64,000 nt of DNA from a bacterium (GCA_017541975.1 JAFXYB010000002.1:335-64334); one strand, 5' to 3'. Positions 54,043-64,000 are shown, numbered from the stretch's first letter. A program made the numbers and translations. The notes: a model not told the origin generated them from the sequence alone.

Positions 54043-54359
54043 TGGAAACAATCGATAAAATCATTAGAATCAACGCCTTATATGATAAATATAGAGAACT
54101 CTTAACCGATAAACAAAAAGAGTATTTTGAAGCGTTCTATTTTGAAAATATGTCACTTCATGAAATTGCTGAAAATTATAATGTAAGTAGAAACGCTGTT
54201 TATTCTCAATTAAATCTAACAGTAGATACATTAGAAAAATATGAAGCAAAACTTCATCTCAAAGAAAAAGATGAAAAACTATCAAATCTCTTTGATAAAC
54301 TAAAAGAATTAAACCTTAAGGAAGTAGATGATATCCTTAAGACTTATGAGGAGGAATAA
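54042..54359 (+). CDS. ylxM: YlxM (UPF0122) putative DNA-binding protein
   Basis: LTDKQKEYFEAFYFENMSLHEIAENYNVSRNAV sigma-70 region-4-like HTH. Conserved position between ftsY and ffh. Confidence 0.88.
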   Translation: METIDKIIRINALYDKYRELLTDKQKEYFEAFYFENMSLHEIAENYNVSRNAVYSQLNLTVDTLEKYEAKLHLKEKDEKLSNLFDKLKELNLKEVDDILKTYEEE

Positions 54360-54362
54360 CTT

Positions 54363-55757
54363 ATGGCATTTGAAAATCTTACAAGTAGACTTAATATGGC
54401 ATTAAGAAGATTTGTGCATAAGGATTACTTAAACGAAAAAGATATCGATGAAATGATGAAAGAGATTCGTCTTTCATTACTTGAAGCCGATGTAAATATC
54501 CAAGTTGTTAATAGTTTTGTCAATGACTGCAAACAAATCGCCCTTGGCGAAAAGATCATGAAAGGTTTAAACCCAGGTCAACAAGTAGTTAAAGTCGTTT
54601 CAGATGAATTAACTAAGTTCATGGGCTCTGAACAATCTGAGCTTATCCTAAAGGATAGAGGCGTAAGCGTCATCATGATGATTGGTTTACAGGGTGCTGG
54701 TAAGACAACTCACGCTGGTAAACTTGCAAAATACATCAAAAAAACCTACAACAAGAAAGTCCTATTAGTTGCCGCAGATATCTATAGACCTGCCGCTATC
54801 GATCAACTTCATACTGTTGCTGATAGTGTAGATACTGACTTCTTTGAAATGGGTAAAACAAACCCTGTCACAATTGCTAAAGAAGCACTAAAGAAAGCTA
54901 AAAAAGAAGAATATGATGTTGTAATCATCGATACAGCTGGTAGACTAGAGATAGATGTACCACTAATTCAAGAATTAAAAGATATAAAGAAGGAAACTGA
55001 TCCATCTGAAATCTTATTAACTGTTGACTCAATGATGGGCCAAGAAGCTGCAAATGTTGCTGGAACCTTCAATAAAGAAGTTGGCATCACAGGTGTTGTA
55101 CTCACAAAACTTGATGGTGATCAAAGAGGTGGTGCAGCCCTATCAGTTAAGAAAGTAACTGGTGTACCAATCAAATTTAGTGGTGTTGGTGAAAAGATGG
55201 ACGACCTTGAAGTCTTCTATCCAGATAGAATGGCATCAAGAATTCTCGGTATGGGTGATGTATTAACCCTTATCGAAAAGGCTGAAGATGCAATTTCAGA
55301 AGAAGATTCTCAAAAGCTCATGGAAAAGATGATGAATGGTACCTATAACTATAATGACCTTCTAAAACAAATGAAGATGATTCATAGAATGGGTAAATTC
55401 AGTGGTCTATTAAAGCTTATTCCTGGTATGTCTAATATCCAACAATTAAGAGATATCGATGATAATCAATTTGATTTCATTCAAGTTATCATCAATTCAA
55501 TGACAAAAGAAGAAAGAAGAGACCCATCACTCATCGCTATGAGCTCTTCAAGAAAAAGAAGAATCGCAGCTGGTTCTGGTAGAAGCCTCACAGAAGTAAA
55601 TAAACTTGAACAAATGCTTGAAAAACAAAAGAAGACATTCAAAATGTTATCAAATATGGACGAATCTAAACTCCAACAAATGGGTGAAAGATTTCAAAAC
55701 GGAGAAATAAGAGGATTCGATCCAAATTACGAGTCTCACGGCAAAGGAAGAAGATAA
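54363..55757 (+). CDS. ffh: Signal recognition particle protein Ffh
   Basis: GLQGAGKTT, DTAGRL, TKLDGDQRGGAALS, and a Met-rich M domain. Confidence 0.95.
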   Translation: MAFENLTSRLNMALRRFVHKDYLNEKDIDEMMKEIRLSLLEADVNIQVVNSFVNDCKQIALGEKIMKGLNPGQQVVKVVSDELTKFMGSEQSELILKDRGVSVIMMIGLQGAGKTTHAGKLAKYIKKTYNKKVLLVAADIYRPAAIDQLHTVADSVDTDFFEMGKTNPVTIAKEALKKAKKEEYDVVIIDTAGRLEIDVPLIQELKDIKKETDPSEILLTVDSMMGQEAANVAGTFNKEVGITGVVLTKLDGDQRGGAALSVKKVTGVPIKFSGVGEKMDDLEVFYPDRMASRILGMGDVLTLIEKAEDAISEEDSQKLMEKMMNGTYNYNDLLKQMKMIHRMGKFSGLLKLIPGMSNIQQLRDIDDNQFDFIQVIINSMTKEERRDPSLIAMSSSRKRRIAAGSGRSLTEVNKLEQMLEKQKKTFKMLSNMDESKLQQMGERFQNGEIRGFDPNYESHGKGRR

Positions 55758-55762
55758 TAAAA

Positions 55763-56470
55763 ATGGTTGGAATTATCAATAAAGAGGGATATTTATCATT
55801 CCTAAGAAAGGTGCTTGAATATTTTGATGCAGATATAGATAATACAGAAGTTATTAAAAATGACTTCCTTTTGTACATTGATAATGATATTGAAAAATTC
55901 AATGTTTTTAAGGAAAAACTACCAATAATCAAATCATCACTATCTCAGGATTTAGATTTCTTTATGATCTCTGACCCAGCTATTGATAGCCGTGAAGAAG
56001 TAGTTTTCTCATACCCAGGATTCAAGGCAATCACATATTATCGTATCGCCCACGAACTTAGAAATCTTGGTTTCAATTTAGTATCAAGAATAATCACTGA
56101 AGAAGCTCATTCTTTAACAGGAATAGATATCCATCCAGGCGCAACGATTAGTTCTCCATTCTTCATTGACCATGGCACAGGTATCGTAATTGGTGAGACA
56201 TCAGTAATCGATTCACATGTAAAACTATATCAAGGTGTAACTCTTGGTGCCTTATCACTTCAAAACTGTGAAACAGTAAAAGGAGTAAAAAGACATCCAT
56301 CAATTGGTAAAAACGTTACCATCTATTCATGCGCCACTATCCTTGGCGATGTAAAAATAGGCGATAATTCAATAATTGGAGCTAACGTTTTCATCACAGA
56401 TGATATTCCAAACGATGTTAAAGTTACAATAAGAAAACCAGACCTCGTTATCAAGGGAAAAAGAAATTAA
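55763..56470 (+). CDS. cysE: Serine O-acetyltransferase
   Basis: YRIAHEL, TGIDIHPGATISSPFFIDHGTGIVIGETSVI, and hexapeptide repeats. Confidence 0.85.
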   Translation: MVGIINKEGYLSFLRKVLEYFDADIDNTEVIKNDFLLYIDNDIEKFNVFKEKLPIIKSSLSQDLDFFMISDPAIDSREEVVFSYPGFKAITYYRIAHELRNLGFNLVSRIITEEAHSLTGIDIHPGATISSPFFIDHGTGIVIGETSVIDSHVKLYQGVTLGALSLQNCETVKGVKRHPSIGKNVTIYSCATILGDVKIGDNSIIGANVFITDDIPNDVKVTIRKPDLVIKGKRN

Positions 56471-56502
56471 ATCCATATTAAATATATATAATAATGAAAA
56501 AG

Positions 56503-56527
56503 AAAGACTGATTTCAGTCTTTTTTTG
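56503..56527 (+). terminator. Intrinsic terminator
   Basis: AAAGACTG / CAGTCTTT stem followed by TTTTT. Confidence 0.8.
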
Positions 56528-56584
56528 CTATTATTTGAAACATGTGATAAAATATCTATTACTACAAAGTGGGAGGTATTCATA

Positions 56585-57520
56585 ATGAATATTGAATTAT
56601 TTAAAAACTATACAGATAGAATAATAAAGAATTGCAGTAAGATTATTCTCGGCAAAGAAGAAGTAATCAGGCAAGTTATTGTCACTTTTTTAAGCGGAGG
56701 GCATGTACTACTTGAAGATTTACCAGGCACAGGAAAAACAATGTTACTCAGAGCTTTTTCTAAATCGATTGGTGGTGATTTCAAAAGAATCCAGTTTACA
56801 CCAGATTTACTACCATCAGATTTAACTGGCATAAATTTCTATAATCAAAAAGAAGGTACTTTTGAATTTAAGAAAGGTCCATTATTTTCAAGCATCATTT
56901 TAGCTGATGAAATTAACCGTGCAACTCCAAGAACACAATCTGCACTTCTTGAGGCAATGGAAGAAAGACAAATCACAGTAGATGGTAATACATATCCAAT
57001 GAATGTTCCATTTATGGTTATGGCAACTGAAAACCCAGTTGAATCATATGGTACATTCCCACTCCCAGAAGCACAAATCGACCGTTTCTTTATGAGACTT
57101 TCAATGGGCTATATGGAAAGAAGCCAAGAATTAGAAGTTATGGCTAGACCTAGCACCCTCGCTCTTCTTGATGATCTTGAAAAAGTTGTAACACAAGAAG
57201 AAACTGATGAACTCCAAAAAGAATTCTCAAAAGTAAAAGTTTCAGATGATGTTTCAAACTACATCCTAAACATTGTAGACTTTACACGTCAAGATGAACA
57301 CTTGCTTGCGGGTGTTTCAACACGTGGTGCCATTGCTCTATATAAGGCTGCACAAATCACAGCCGCAATGGATGGAAGAGACTACGTAATTCCTGAAGAC
57401 GTTAAAAAGGAAGCTATTTCAATTCTTTCACATAGAATTGTTTCAGGTTCTGGTAATCATATAGAAGCTGAAAAATATATAGAAAACGTATTAAAAGATG
57501 TTGAGGTTCCACTAGAATAA
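56585..57520 (+). CDS. MoxR-like AAA+ ATPase
   Basis: ATG at 56585. Walker A LPGTGKT, Walker B ILADEINR, and the typical MoxR length of about 311 aa. Confidence 0.9.
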   Translation: MNIELFKNYTDRIIKNCSKIILGKEEVIRQVIVTFLSGGHVLLEDLPGTGKTMLLRAFSKSIGGDFKRIQFTPDLLPSDLTGINFYNQKEGTFEFKKGPLFSSIILADEINRATPRTQSALLEAMEERQITVDGNTYPMNVPFMVMATENPVESYGTFPLPEAQIDRFFMRLSMGYMERSQELEVMARPSTLALLDDLEKVVTQEETDELQKEFSKVKVSDDVSNYILNIVDFTRQDEHLLAGVSTRGAIALYKAAQITAAMDGRDYVIPEDVKKEAISILSHRIVSGSGNHIEAEKYIENVLKDVEVPLE

Positions 57521-57523
57521 CAT

Positions 57524-58609
57524 ATGATTTGGGTGTTTATTGTTTGCCTAGCTCTTTTTGTGTTTTTTATGCAAAGAAAACTTGCAGTAAACGCTTTAAA
57601 ACATCTACATTATGATTATTCGCTCGATAAACAGTTAGTAGAACCAAATGAAAAAATCATTTTATCATCTTCAGTCAAAAACACATCCAATATGCCAATT
57701 ATGTATGTTGGAATGAGTGAATTCCTCTCCAAAGATTTAAATGTTCATGAAGATGAAAAATGGATGATTAAGCATTTTAGATCAGGATTATTCGAACAAA
57801 ACACTTCATATAAGATGTTTTTAGAGCCTCATACCAAATACAAAACAAGATTACATTTCTCAATTCCAAAAAGAGGAATGTATAAACTTGGTAAGTATTA
57901 CATTGAGACAGGAGATTTCCTAGGCTTTAAGAGTCAAATTAAGACCGCTAATCTCGATAGGACAGTTGTAGTTATGCCAAAAAGGTATACGTCGCCTATC
58001 TTTTTAAAGACGCTTGGTGGTTTTATTGGCGATATCTCTGTCAGAAGATTTATTTTAGAAGATCCTGTCCTCACTATTGGTTTTAGAGACTATACTGGTA
58101 GAGAACCACTCAAAAACATCTCTTGGACACAAACATCAAGAATGAATAAAGTTGTTGTAAAAGAATTTGATTATACTGTTGAATCAAACGTTTCAGTAAT
58201 ACTCAACATGGATTCAGAGGATAAAGATTCTTTAGAAGTGGCTCTTCAAATGTTAAGAACTGTTTGTGAAGAGCTTGAAAATATGCATATGCCATATGAA
58301 TTCTATACAAATGGTGATGTAGTAGGACCACTTACAAAATTATCATTCTTATCTGAAGGTCTTGGTTCACAACATTTAAACCTAATCCTCTATGGTCTCG
58401 GTAGATCAAATTTATTCTCAGAGATATCTTTCTCTGAATTAGTAAATAAGATTATTGCTAAACATGAGCCTAATAAGAGTTATATCGTCGTCACTCCAAA
58501 AATGAATGCCGATGGAATGAATGCTTTAAAGAAACTCAGAGATTTCTCTTATTATGAATCATGTGTTGTCTATGCAGATAGTAATATTGATATAGGAGGT
58601 AAAAAGTAA
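57524..58609 (+). CDS. DUF58 domain protein (MoxR partner)
   Basis: N-terminal TM helix. GDFLGF...FRDYTGREPLKNISW resembles the DUF58 (G..R.Y..GD....I.W) core. Follows moxR. Confidence 0.8.
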   Translation: MIWVFIVCLALFVFFMQRKLAVNALKHLHYDYSLDKQLVEPNEKIILSSSVKNTSNMPIMYVGMSEFLSKDLNVHEDEKWMIKHFRSGLFEQNTSYKMFLEPHTKYKTRLHFSIPKRGMYKLGKYYIETGDFLGFKSQIKTANLDRTVVVMPKRYTSPIFLKTLGGFIGDISVRRFILEDPVLTIGFRDYTGREPLKNISWTQTSRMNKVVVKEFDYTVESNVSVILNMDSEDKDSLEVALQMLRTVCEELENMHMPYEFYTNGDVVGPLTKLSFLSEGLGSQHLNLILYGLGRSNLFSEISFSELVNKIIAKHEPNKSYIVVTPKMNADGMNALKKLRDFSYYESCVVYADSNIDIGGKK

Positions 58610-59832
58610 TGAGCCTACTAATCGCTTTGAAATTTGTATGCTTCTATGCATTCTATTTTTCAGTTTTAAGTGTGTTTGATCTTTGGATGAACTCTTATCT
58701 TCTATTTTTAGCAGTGTTACTTTTAAGTGGTGTGTCATTATCTCTATCGCATAAATTCAGAGATAAAATAGGCATCAGAATTATAACATCACTAATACCA
58801 ATAATTGCTCTTTTACTCTGCCAAAAACCACTAGATTACCTGGTCGTTGGTATTCCAGTACTCGCGACAGTGCTACTTGGAATATTCAAAAGAGCTAATT
58901 TAGATTATTGGAATTACACAAGCACATTCAAAATCGTTTGCGCCATATTCTTCGTGTTTGTACTATTAGCATTTTTAACAAACCTCAATTACTACAACGT
59001 AATGTTCTATGGAATAATAGCCCTCATCATTGGTGTATTCGTTTCAAGAGAACTAAGACTTGGTGCACACACTACCACAAAGGAGAAATTATATAACATC
59101 GCCTTTGTCGCAACCGTACCAATAATACTAGCTATTTTGTTCTTAGTAATATTTAGACCTAATGTTTCGTTTGGCAAAGTATTTGAATACATACTAGTAC
59201 CATTTGCCTCAATTTTCTATTTATTCATTAAATTATTCTCACTAATTAGTAACCTCGTAGTTCAAAAAGAACCAGAACCAACTCAGGAAATAGAAAATGT
59301 AATTCATGGTTACGAAGAAGAATTTATCGATTATGATGATAAGCCATCTAAAGATAATCCTATCGTTAGAACTAATTACGATTATATCTTTATTATTGCG
59401 ACAATCATTATTGCTGTAATTGTAATTACTATCATTGTCATCAGAATAATTAAGGCAATGAAGAAAGATTCAACATATAAGACGGAATTCCAAACCATCG
59501 ATAGTGAATCAATCTTTGTTGAATCAGAGAAAACAGATAGAAGAAGCAACGGATATAAGATTAGAAAGATTTATTTAAAATATCTTTCATTAATTGAAAC
59601 CTATGGTATCTTTAGAAAGAAGTACAACACTTCTTTGGATATCTTAGAAAAAGCAAGCGAAGTTATCACATCAGAAAAACAAGAAGAGTTAAGACAGCTT
59701 TATATTAAGGCTAGGTATAGTGATGAAAACAGCATCACTGATGAAGATGTTGATTACGCAAAAGAGCTCTTTAAATCAATTAAAGAAGCCAGAAAACAAC
59801 AATTAAAAGAAGAAAAGTTAAAGCAGGCATAA
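58609..59832 (+). CDS. Polytopic membrane protein with DUF4129-like C-terminal domain
   Basis: About 7 TM segments and a C-terminal helical domain ending in the ...LYIKARYS motif typical of DUF4129. Third gene of the MoxR triad. Confidence 0.65.
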   Translation: MSLLIALKFVCFYAFYFSVLSVFDLWMNSYLLFLAVLLLSGVSLSLSHKFRDKIGIRIITSLIPIIALLLCQKPLDYLVVGIPVLATVLLGIFKRANLDYWNYTSTFKIVCAIFFVFVLLAFLTNLNYYNVMFYGIIALIIGVFVSRELRLGAHTTTKEKLYNIAFVATVPIILAILFLVIFRPNVSFGKVFEYILVPFASIFYLFIKLFSLISNLVVQKEPEPTQEIENVIHGYEEEFIDYDDKPSKDNPIVRTNYDYIFIIATIIIAVIVITIIVIRIIKAMKKDSTYKTEFQTIDSESIFVESEKTDRRSNGYKIRKIYLKYLSLIETYGIFRKKYNTSLDILEKASEVITSEKQEELRQLYIKARYSDENSITDEDVDYAKELFKSIKEARKQQLKEEKLKQA

Positions 59833-59850
59833 TTATGTCTGCTTTATTTT
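59820..59850 (+). terminator. Intrinsic terminator overlapping the stop codon
   Basis: AAAGCAGGCAT / ATGTCTGCTTT stem (one G-U pair) followed by ATTTT. Confidence 0.7.
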
Positions 59851-59919
59851 CTATAAATAATGTTATATAATGATTTTATAGGGGAAAACTTTTAAACAAA
59901 TCTATAAGAGAGGTAACGT

Positions 59920-62259
59920 ATGAAAAAATTATCTTTTAATGATGGTTGGAGATTTAAAGTTATTGGCAGTGATGTTGAACCAAGAAATATATCTATACCA
60001 CATGATGCAATGCTTGAAGAAGAAAGAAAAGAAGGAAACCCTTGTGGCACTAACTGTGCATGGTTTAGTGGAAACGACTATGAATACACTAAAGAGTTCG
60101 AAGAAATCAAAGGTAAAGCAGTAGTATTAGAATTCGAAGGTGTTTATCATAACGCAAAAGTTTATTTAAACGATGAACTCATAAAAGAAAGACCATATGG
60201 ATATACTAACTTCTATGTTGATATCACCGATAAACAAAGAAAGAATAATATATTAAAGGTTGTAGCTGAAAATAAGGATCAACCAAACTCAAGGTGGTAT
60301 AGTGGTGCTGGTATCTATAGACCAGTAAATCTTTATATTTCAGAAAAAACAAAATATATTGAAATATATGGCGTTTTAGTTAAACCAACATCATTGAATT
60401 CTGCACACGCTGAAGTAAAGACTAGTGAAGCAGGATTAGTTAACATCCAGGTTTTAGACCCATCTAATAAGGTTGTTTTTGAAAAGGAATTTAATTCTAA
60501 AGGTTCTCTTGAATTTGATTTTAATGTAAAAGGCGCTCTTCCTTGGAACATAGATACTCCTAATCTCTATACACTTAAGGCAGTATTTGGTGATGATGAA
60601 GTGACTGAAAGATTTGGCTTTAGAACTATCACATGCAACTCTAAAGATGGTTTTAAAATCAATGGTGAAAGAGTTATCCTAAGAGGATGTTGTATCCATT
60701 CAGATAATGGTATTTTAGGTGCGAGATCATATTATGATGCCGAACTTAGAAAGGTTAAAAAGCTAAAAGAAGCTGGATATAATGCAATTAGATGTGCTCA
60801 CAATCCTTGTGCTAAATCATTCCTAGATGCCTGTGATGAAGTTGGTATGTTTGTGATGGATGAATACGTAGATATGTGGTATGTACATAAAACTATGTAT
60901 GATTATGCATCTTTTGTACAAGATTGGTACAACGAAGATTTAAAAGATATGTGTATGAAGGATTATAATCATCCATCAGTCATCCTATATTCATTAGGTA
61001 ACGAAGTAGGTGAAAGTTCTGAAGAAAAAGGTATCAACCTTTTCAAAGATATGAAACAAGTACTAAATGACCTTGATGGATCTCGTCCAGTTACCGCTGG
61101 TATAAACATCATGTTCAATATGATGTATTCGCTTGGTTTTGGCATCTATTCAGAAGAAAAAGCAAAGAAGAATCAAGCACAAAAAGTTGGAAGTGAATTC
61201 TTCAATGATATCGCAGGATTAGTTGGCAACCATACAATGAAAATTGGGGCCACAATGCACAGATGTGACGTTAAAACAAGAGAAATATTTGCAGCATCCG
61301 ATGTTGCAGGATACAACTATGGCATATTAAGAACTAAAAAAGATTTAAAGCATTATCCAGATAGACTCATTATGGGATCTGAAACATTCTGTGAAGACGC
61401 CTATAAGTTCTATGAAATGACTAAGGAAAATGAAAGATTCATTGGTGATTTCGTATGGGCAGGTATTGACTACCTTGGAGAAGTTGGTATTGGTTCTTGG
61501 GAATATAAAGAATATGCCCCCGACTTTAGACATGGAAATGGCTGGATTAGTGCTGGTTCTGGTAGACTTGATTTAATTGGAAACGAACTTGGCGAAGCAT
61601 TATACACCAAAGTAGCATTTGAACTAACTGATAAACCACAAATCGCTATCGTACCAGTATCACATACAAATGAAAAGCATTCTCCATCAGCTTGGAAGAT
61701 GTCGAATGCAATACCATCTTGGTCATGGGATGACCTTGATGGCGCCCCAGCTAAAGTAGAAGTATATTCAAGATCTAAATACGTTAAATTAGTTCTAAAT
61801 GGTAAAAACATTGCAACTAAGAAAACCAAAAACGCTATTGCAAGATTTAAAATCAAATATGAAAAAGGCACATTACTCGCAATCGGTTTAAATGATCAAA
61901 AAAGAGAGGTATCAAGAAATCAAATTGTATCAGCTTCACTTGAAACTAAATTATCATTAATAAAAGAAAGTAATACTGTAAAAGTAGATGGACTTCAATT
62001 TATTAGAATAGAATACACTGATAACAATGGTGTATTTAAACCACTCGCAAGAGGAAGAGTTAATCTAAAAGTTGAAGGTGCCGAACTTCTTGCCCTTGGT
62101 CATGCATGTCCATTTAATAGTGATGGTTATCTAAATGATTATACAGATACCTATTATGGTAGAGCACTTGCGGTAATAAGATGTACTAAACCAGGAGAAG
62201 TAATAGTTAGTGCATCCTCACCTTATGGTGATGATGAGGTAAAATTTATAGTTGAATAA
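59920..62259 (+). CDS. Glycoside hydrolase family 2 (beta-galactosidase/beta-glucuronidase-like)
   Basis: FNDGWRF start, NAIRCAHNP, catalytic-region SLGNEVGES. 779 aa, no signal peptide. Confidence 0.88.
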   Translation: MKKLSFNDGWRFKVIGSDVEPRNISIPHDAMLEEERKEGNPCGTNCAWFSGNDYEYTKEFEEIKGKAVVLEFEGVYHNAKVYLNDELIKERPYGYTNFYVDITDKQRKNNILKVVAENKDQPNSRWYSGAGIYRPVNLYISEKTKYIEIYGVLVKPTSLNSAHAEVKTSEAGLVNIQVLDPSNKVVFEKEFNSKGSLEFDFNVKGALPWNIDTPNLYTLKAVFGDDEVTERFGFRTITCNSKDGFKINGERVILRGCCIHSDNGILGARSYYDAELRKVKKLKEAGYNAIRCAHNPCAKSFLDACDEVGMFVMDEYVDMWYVHKTMYDYASFVQDWYNEDLKDMCMKDYNHPSVILYSLGNEVGESSEEKGINLFKDMKQVLNDLDGSRPVTAGINIMFNMMYSLGFGIYSEEKAKKNQAQKVGSEFFNDIAGLVGNHTMKIGATMHRCDVKTREIFAASDVAGYNYGILRTKKDLKHYPDRLIMGSETFCEDAYKFYEMTKENERFIGDFVWAGIDYLGEVGIGSWEYKEYAPDFRHGNGWISAGSGRLDLIGNELGEALYTKVAFELTDKPQIAIVPVSHTNEKHSPSAWKMSNAIPSWSWDDLDGAPAKVEVYSRSKYVKLVLNGKNIATKKTKNAIARFKIKYEKGTLLAIGLNDQKREVSRNQIVSASLETKLSLIKESNTVKVDGLQFIRIEYTDNNGVFKPLARGRVNLKVEGAELLALGHACPFNSDGYLNDYTDTYYGRALAVIRCTKPGEVIVSASSPYGDDEVKFIVE

Positions 62260-62263
62260 ATAA

Positions 62264-62296
62264 AAAATCATAGGCGTATACCTATGATTTTTTTAT
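62264..62296 (+). terminator. Intrinsic terminator
   Basis: AAAATCATAGG / CCTATGATTTT stem followed by a T run. Confidence 0.85.
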
Positions 62297-62395
62297 AATT
62301 TCATACTCTCTTAACTATAGATATAAAAAATGATAATTATTTATGTGCAAAAATAAATGAGTGATATAATTACATAGAAAAATAGGAGGAGCAGT

Positions 62396-63277
62396 ATGAC
62401 TGAAGGAAAAAGCAAAAAGATAAAAGGACTCTTAATATTTCTATTAACCTATATATTTGCCTTTGGTGTAGGACTATTATCATATATTATCCTATCTAAG
62501 TTTGAATTAGATATTCTTTTAACTTTGTTTTTGGCAGATGTAATTGCGACTATCTTTGTTTATATCGTTGGATTATTTTTAAATACTGCATCTATGTATG
62601 ATCCATATTGGAGTGTACAAACAGCATTTATATACATTCCTCTTATGATTAAATATCAAGCATACAATATTGGTACATTTATTTATCTTGCGGCAATACT
62701 CTTCTGGTCTATTAGATTAACAATCAATTTTATTAAAGGCTTTGATGATATATCATATATCGACTGGCGATATAAGATGCTTAAGGAAAAGACCGGTTCA
62801 CTATATCAAATTGTGAACTTAACTGGTATTCACCTATTTCCTACAGTAATTGTCTTTCTGGCATCTATTCCCGCATATCTTTATATTATCAATGGTTTTG
62901 AATTTGAACCATTAAACTTGATTGGTATTGCGGTTATGGTTTTCGCAACACTAATAGAACTTATATCAGATAATGATATGAGAAGATTTAAAGCTGTTAG
63001 AACTTCTAACAAAGAAATTATTAATATTGGTCTTTGGAAACATTCAAGACATCCAAATTATTTTGGTGAAATATTATTCTGGTATGGAGTAGCCTTTGTA
63101 TTAATATTTAGTAATCTAAGTTTTTGGTACACAATTATAGGTGCATTCTTAAATACATTACTATTTATCTTTATATCGGTACCAATGGAAGAAAACCATT
63201 TAAAAGAATATAAAGATGATTTTGATGAATACAAGAAGAAGAATGTATTCTTACCAATAAATATTTTCAATAAATAA
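62396..63277 (+). CDS. DUF1295 / steroid 5-alpha-reductase-like membrane protein
   Basis: LWKHSRHPNYFGEILFWYG motif and 7-8 TM segments. Confidence 0.8.
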   Translation: MTEGKSKKIKGLLIFLLTYIFAFGVGLLSYIILSKFELDILLTLFLADVIATIFVYIVGLFLNTASMYDPYWSVQTAFIYIPLMIKYQAYNIGTFIYLAAILFWSIRLTINFIKGFDDISYIDWRYKMLKEKTGSLYQIVNLTGIHLFPTVIVFLASIPAYLYIINGFEFEPLNLIGIAVMVFATLIELISDNDMRRFKAVRTSNKEIINIGLWKHSRHPNYFGEILFWYGVAFVLIFSNLSFWYTIIGAFLNTLLFIFISVPMEENHLKEYKDDFDEYKKKNVFLPINIFNK

Positions 63278-63280
63278 TAT

Positions 63281-63310
63281 AAATGGTGTAGCATCATCGC
63301 TACACCATTT
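63281..63310. terminator. Bidirectional terminator between convergent genes
   Basis: AAATGGTGTAGC / GCTACACCATTT 12-bp stem. Confidence 0.85.
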
Positions 63311-63314
63311 AATT

Positions 63315-63563
63315 TTATTCATTTTTCAATACTTCATACATAGAAGAAGATTCGCTTTTAGAAACATATTCATTTACTGATAGAACTCTAACCTCTAATG
63401 TCTTTGATGCGTATTTGATGGCGATAATATCGCCTTCTTTTACGTTTGTAGATGGTTTGGCATCTTTAGAATTTACAGTGATTCTATCTTTATCGATAGT
63501 TTCTTTAGCGACTGTCCTTCTTTTTATAATATGAGAAACTTTTAAATATTTATCAAGTCTCAT
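63315..63563 (-). CDS. S4-domain RNA-binding protein (YabO/Hsp15-like)
   Basis: MRLDKYLKVSHIIKRRTVAKE S4 motif. 82 aa. Confidence 0.85.
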   Translation of the reverse strand: MRLDKYLKVSHIIKRRTVAKETIDKDRITVNSKDAKPSTNVKEGDIIAIKYASKTLEVRVLSVNEYVSKSESSSMYEVLKNE

Positions 63564-63565
63564 AA

Positions 63566-64000
63566 TTATTCTGTTTTAGGTTCTTCTTGAGCAGATTCAG
63601 TACCAAGAGATTTTAATGAATTAGAATCTTCATCAGCTCTCTTTAGTGCACCAGTCTTGAAGATTTCATCGATATCAGCTTTAAGTAAAGTCTCAACCTT
63701 CATTAAATAATGGGCGATAGCTTTTAGCTTATCCATATTTTCAGTTAAGATCTTTGCAGCATTTGTATGACATTCATCGATGATTTCTCTTATAGCTTCA
63801 TCGATTTCATGAGCAACTGTATCTGAGAAGTTCTTATTTGATGAATAATCTCTTCCGAGGAAGACATATCCAGAGTTTTGTTCATAGGTGATTGGGCCGA
63901 GTTTACTCATACCATATTCGGTAACCATGGCTCTTGCGATAGCGGTTGCGTTAACCATATCGTTAGAAGCACCAGTAGTAACTTCACCGAATATTAATTC
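63566..64000 (-). CDS. ftsH: ATP-dependent zinc metalloprotease FtsH, C-terminal part (5' end off-window)
   Basis: AIARAMVTEYGMS...GPITY...FLGRD...SDTVAHEIDEAIREII matches the M41 peptidase C-terminal domain. The frame stays open to the window edge. Confidence 0.9.
   Translation of the reverse strand, partial: ELIFGEVTTGASNDMVNATAIARAMVTEYGMSKLGPITYEQNSGYVFLGRDYSSNKNFSDTVAHEIDEAIREIIDECHTNAAKILTENMDKLKAIAHYLMKVETLLKADIDEIFKTGALKRADEDSNSLKSLGTESAQEEPKTE

Noticed and set aside
1-64000. Genome-wide UGA=Trp (code 4) reassignment. It was suggested by the YoeB TGA, by the rarity of TGA stops (PHP 2284-2286, xerC 5014-5016, yoeB 32093-32095, LRR 52958-52960), and by the fact that each is followed by another in-frame stop within about 20 codons.
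   Set aside because: About 20,000 codons of conserved genes contain no in-frame TGA at all, and every Trp seen in conserved motifs is TGG. Code-4 organisms use TGA as the main Trp codon. Two of the TGAs are ATGA start/stop overlaps. The standard code fits.
1-64000. CRISPR arrays, IS elements or transposases, prophage genes, rRNA operons.
   Set aside because: I saw no regularly spaced direct repeats, no transposase, integrase-cargo or phage structural motifs, and no rRNA-like conserved stretches on either strand.

Overview
This is an AT-rich 64-kb chromosomal window from a low-GC Bacillota-type bacterium. It uses the standard genetic code, and all but three genes lie on the + strand. The backbone is housekeeping, with gene order like the origin-proximal region of Bacilli/Erysipelotrichia: mgtE, trmFO-xerC-rlmH, trxA, a complete rnfCDGEAB operon, tRNA-Lys(CUU), tatD-ychF, rpsF-ssb-rpsR, ruvX, gdpP-rplI-dnaB, prfA-prmC, topA, ftsY-ylxM-ffh, cysE, a MoxR/DUF58/DUF4129 triad, a GH2 glycosidase and the 3' end of ftsH. 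Accessory content is interspersed: two type II toxin-antitoxin pairs (HTH-MNT/HepT, and YefM/YoeB with a nonsense-truncated toxin), five GNAT acetyltransferases, a membrane-anchored PI-PLC-like protein, an ABC-2 exporter, and an esterase plus BspA-type LRR lipoprotein pair. The most unusual locus is 13.9-21.5 kb. It has a promoter, then a candidate class I c-di-GMP riboswitch whose 3' half overlaps an intrinsic terminator, then a tightly coupled pair of proteins (313 aa and 2149 aa). The two proteins share an N-terminal hydrophobic segment followed by a G-W-[FY]-S motif, and the giant one carries about ten ~101-aa tandem repeats. Four other points deserve a second look. gdpP reads in frame into rplI with no stop codon. 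A GC-rich intergenic element is duplicated on both sides of a small membrane-protein gene downstream of rpsR. The nucleobase-permease gene has a ~270-nt leader with a 41-codon sORF and a terminator. RnfB is reduced to a 93-aa minimal form. I saw no rRNA, CRISPR array, transposase or prophage genes.
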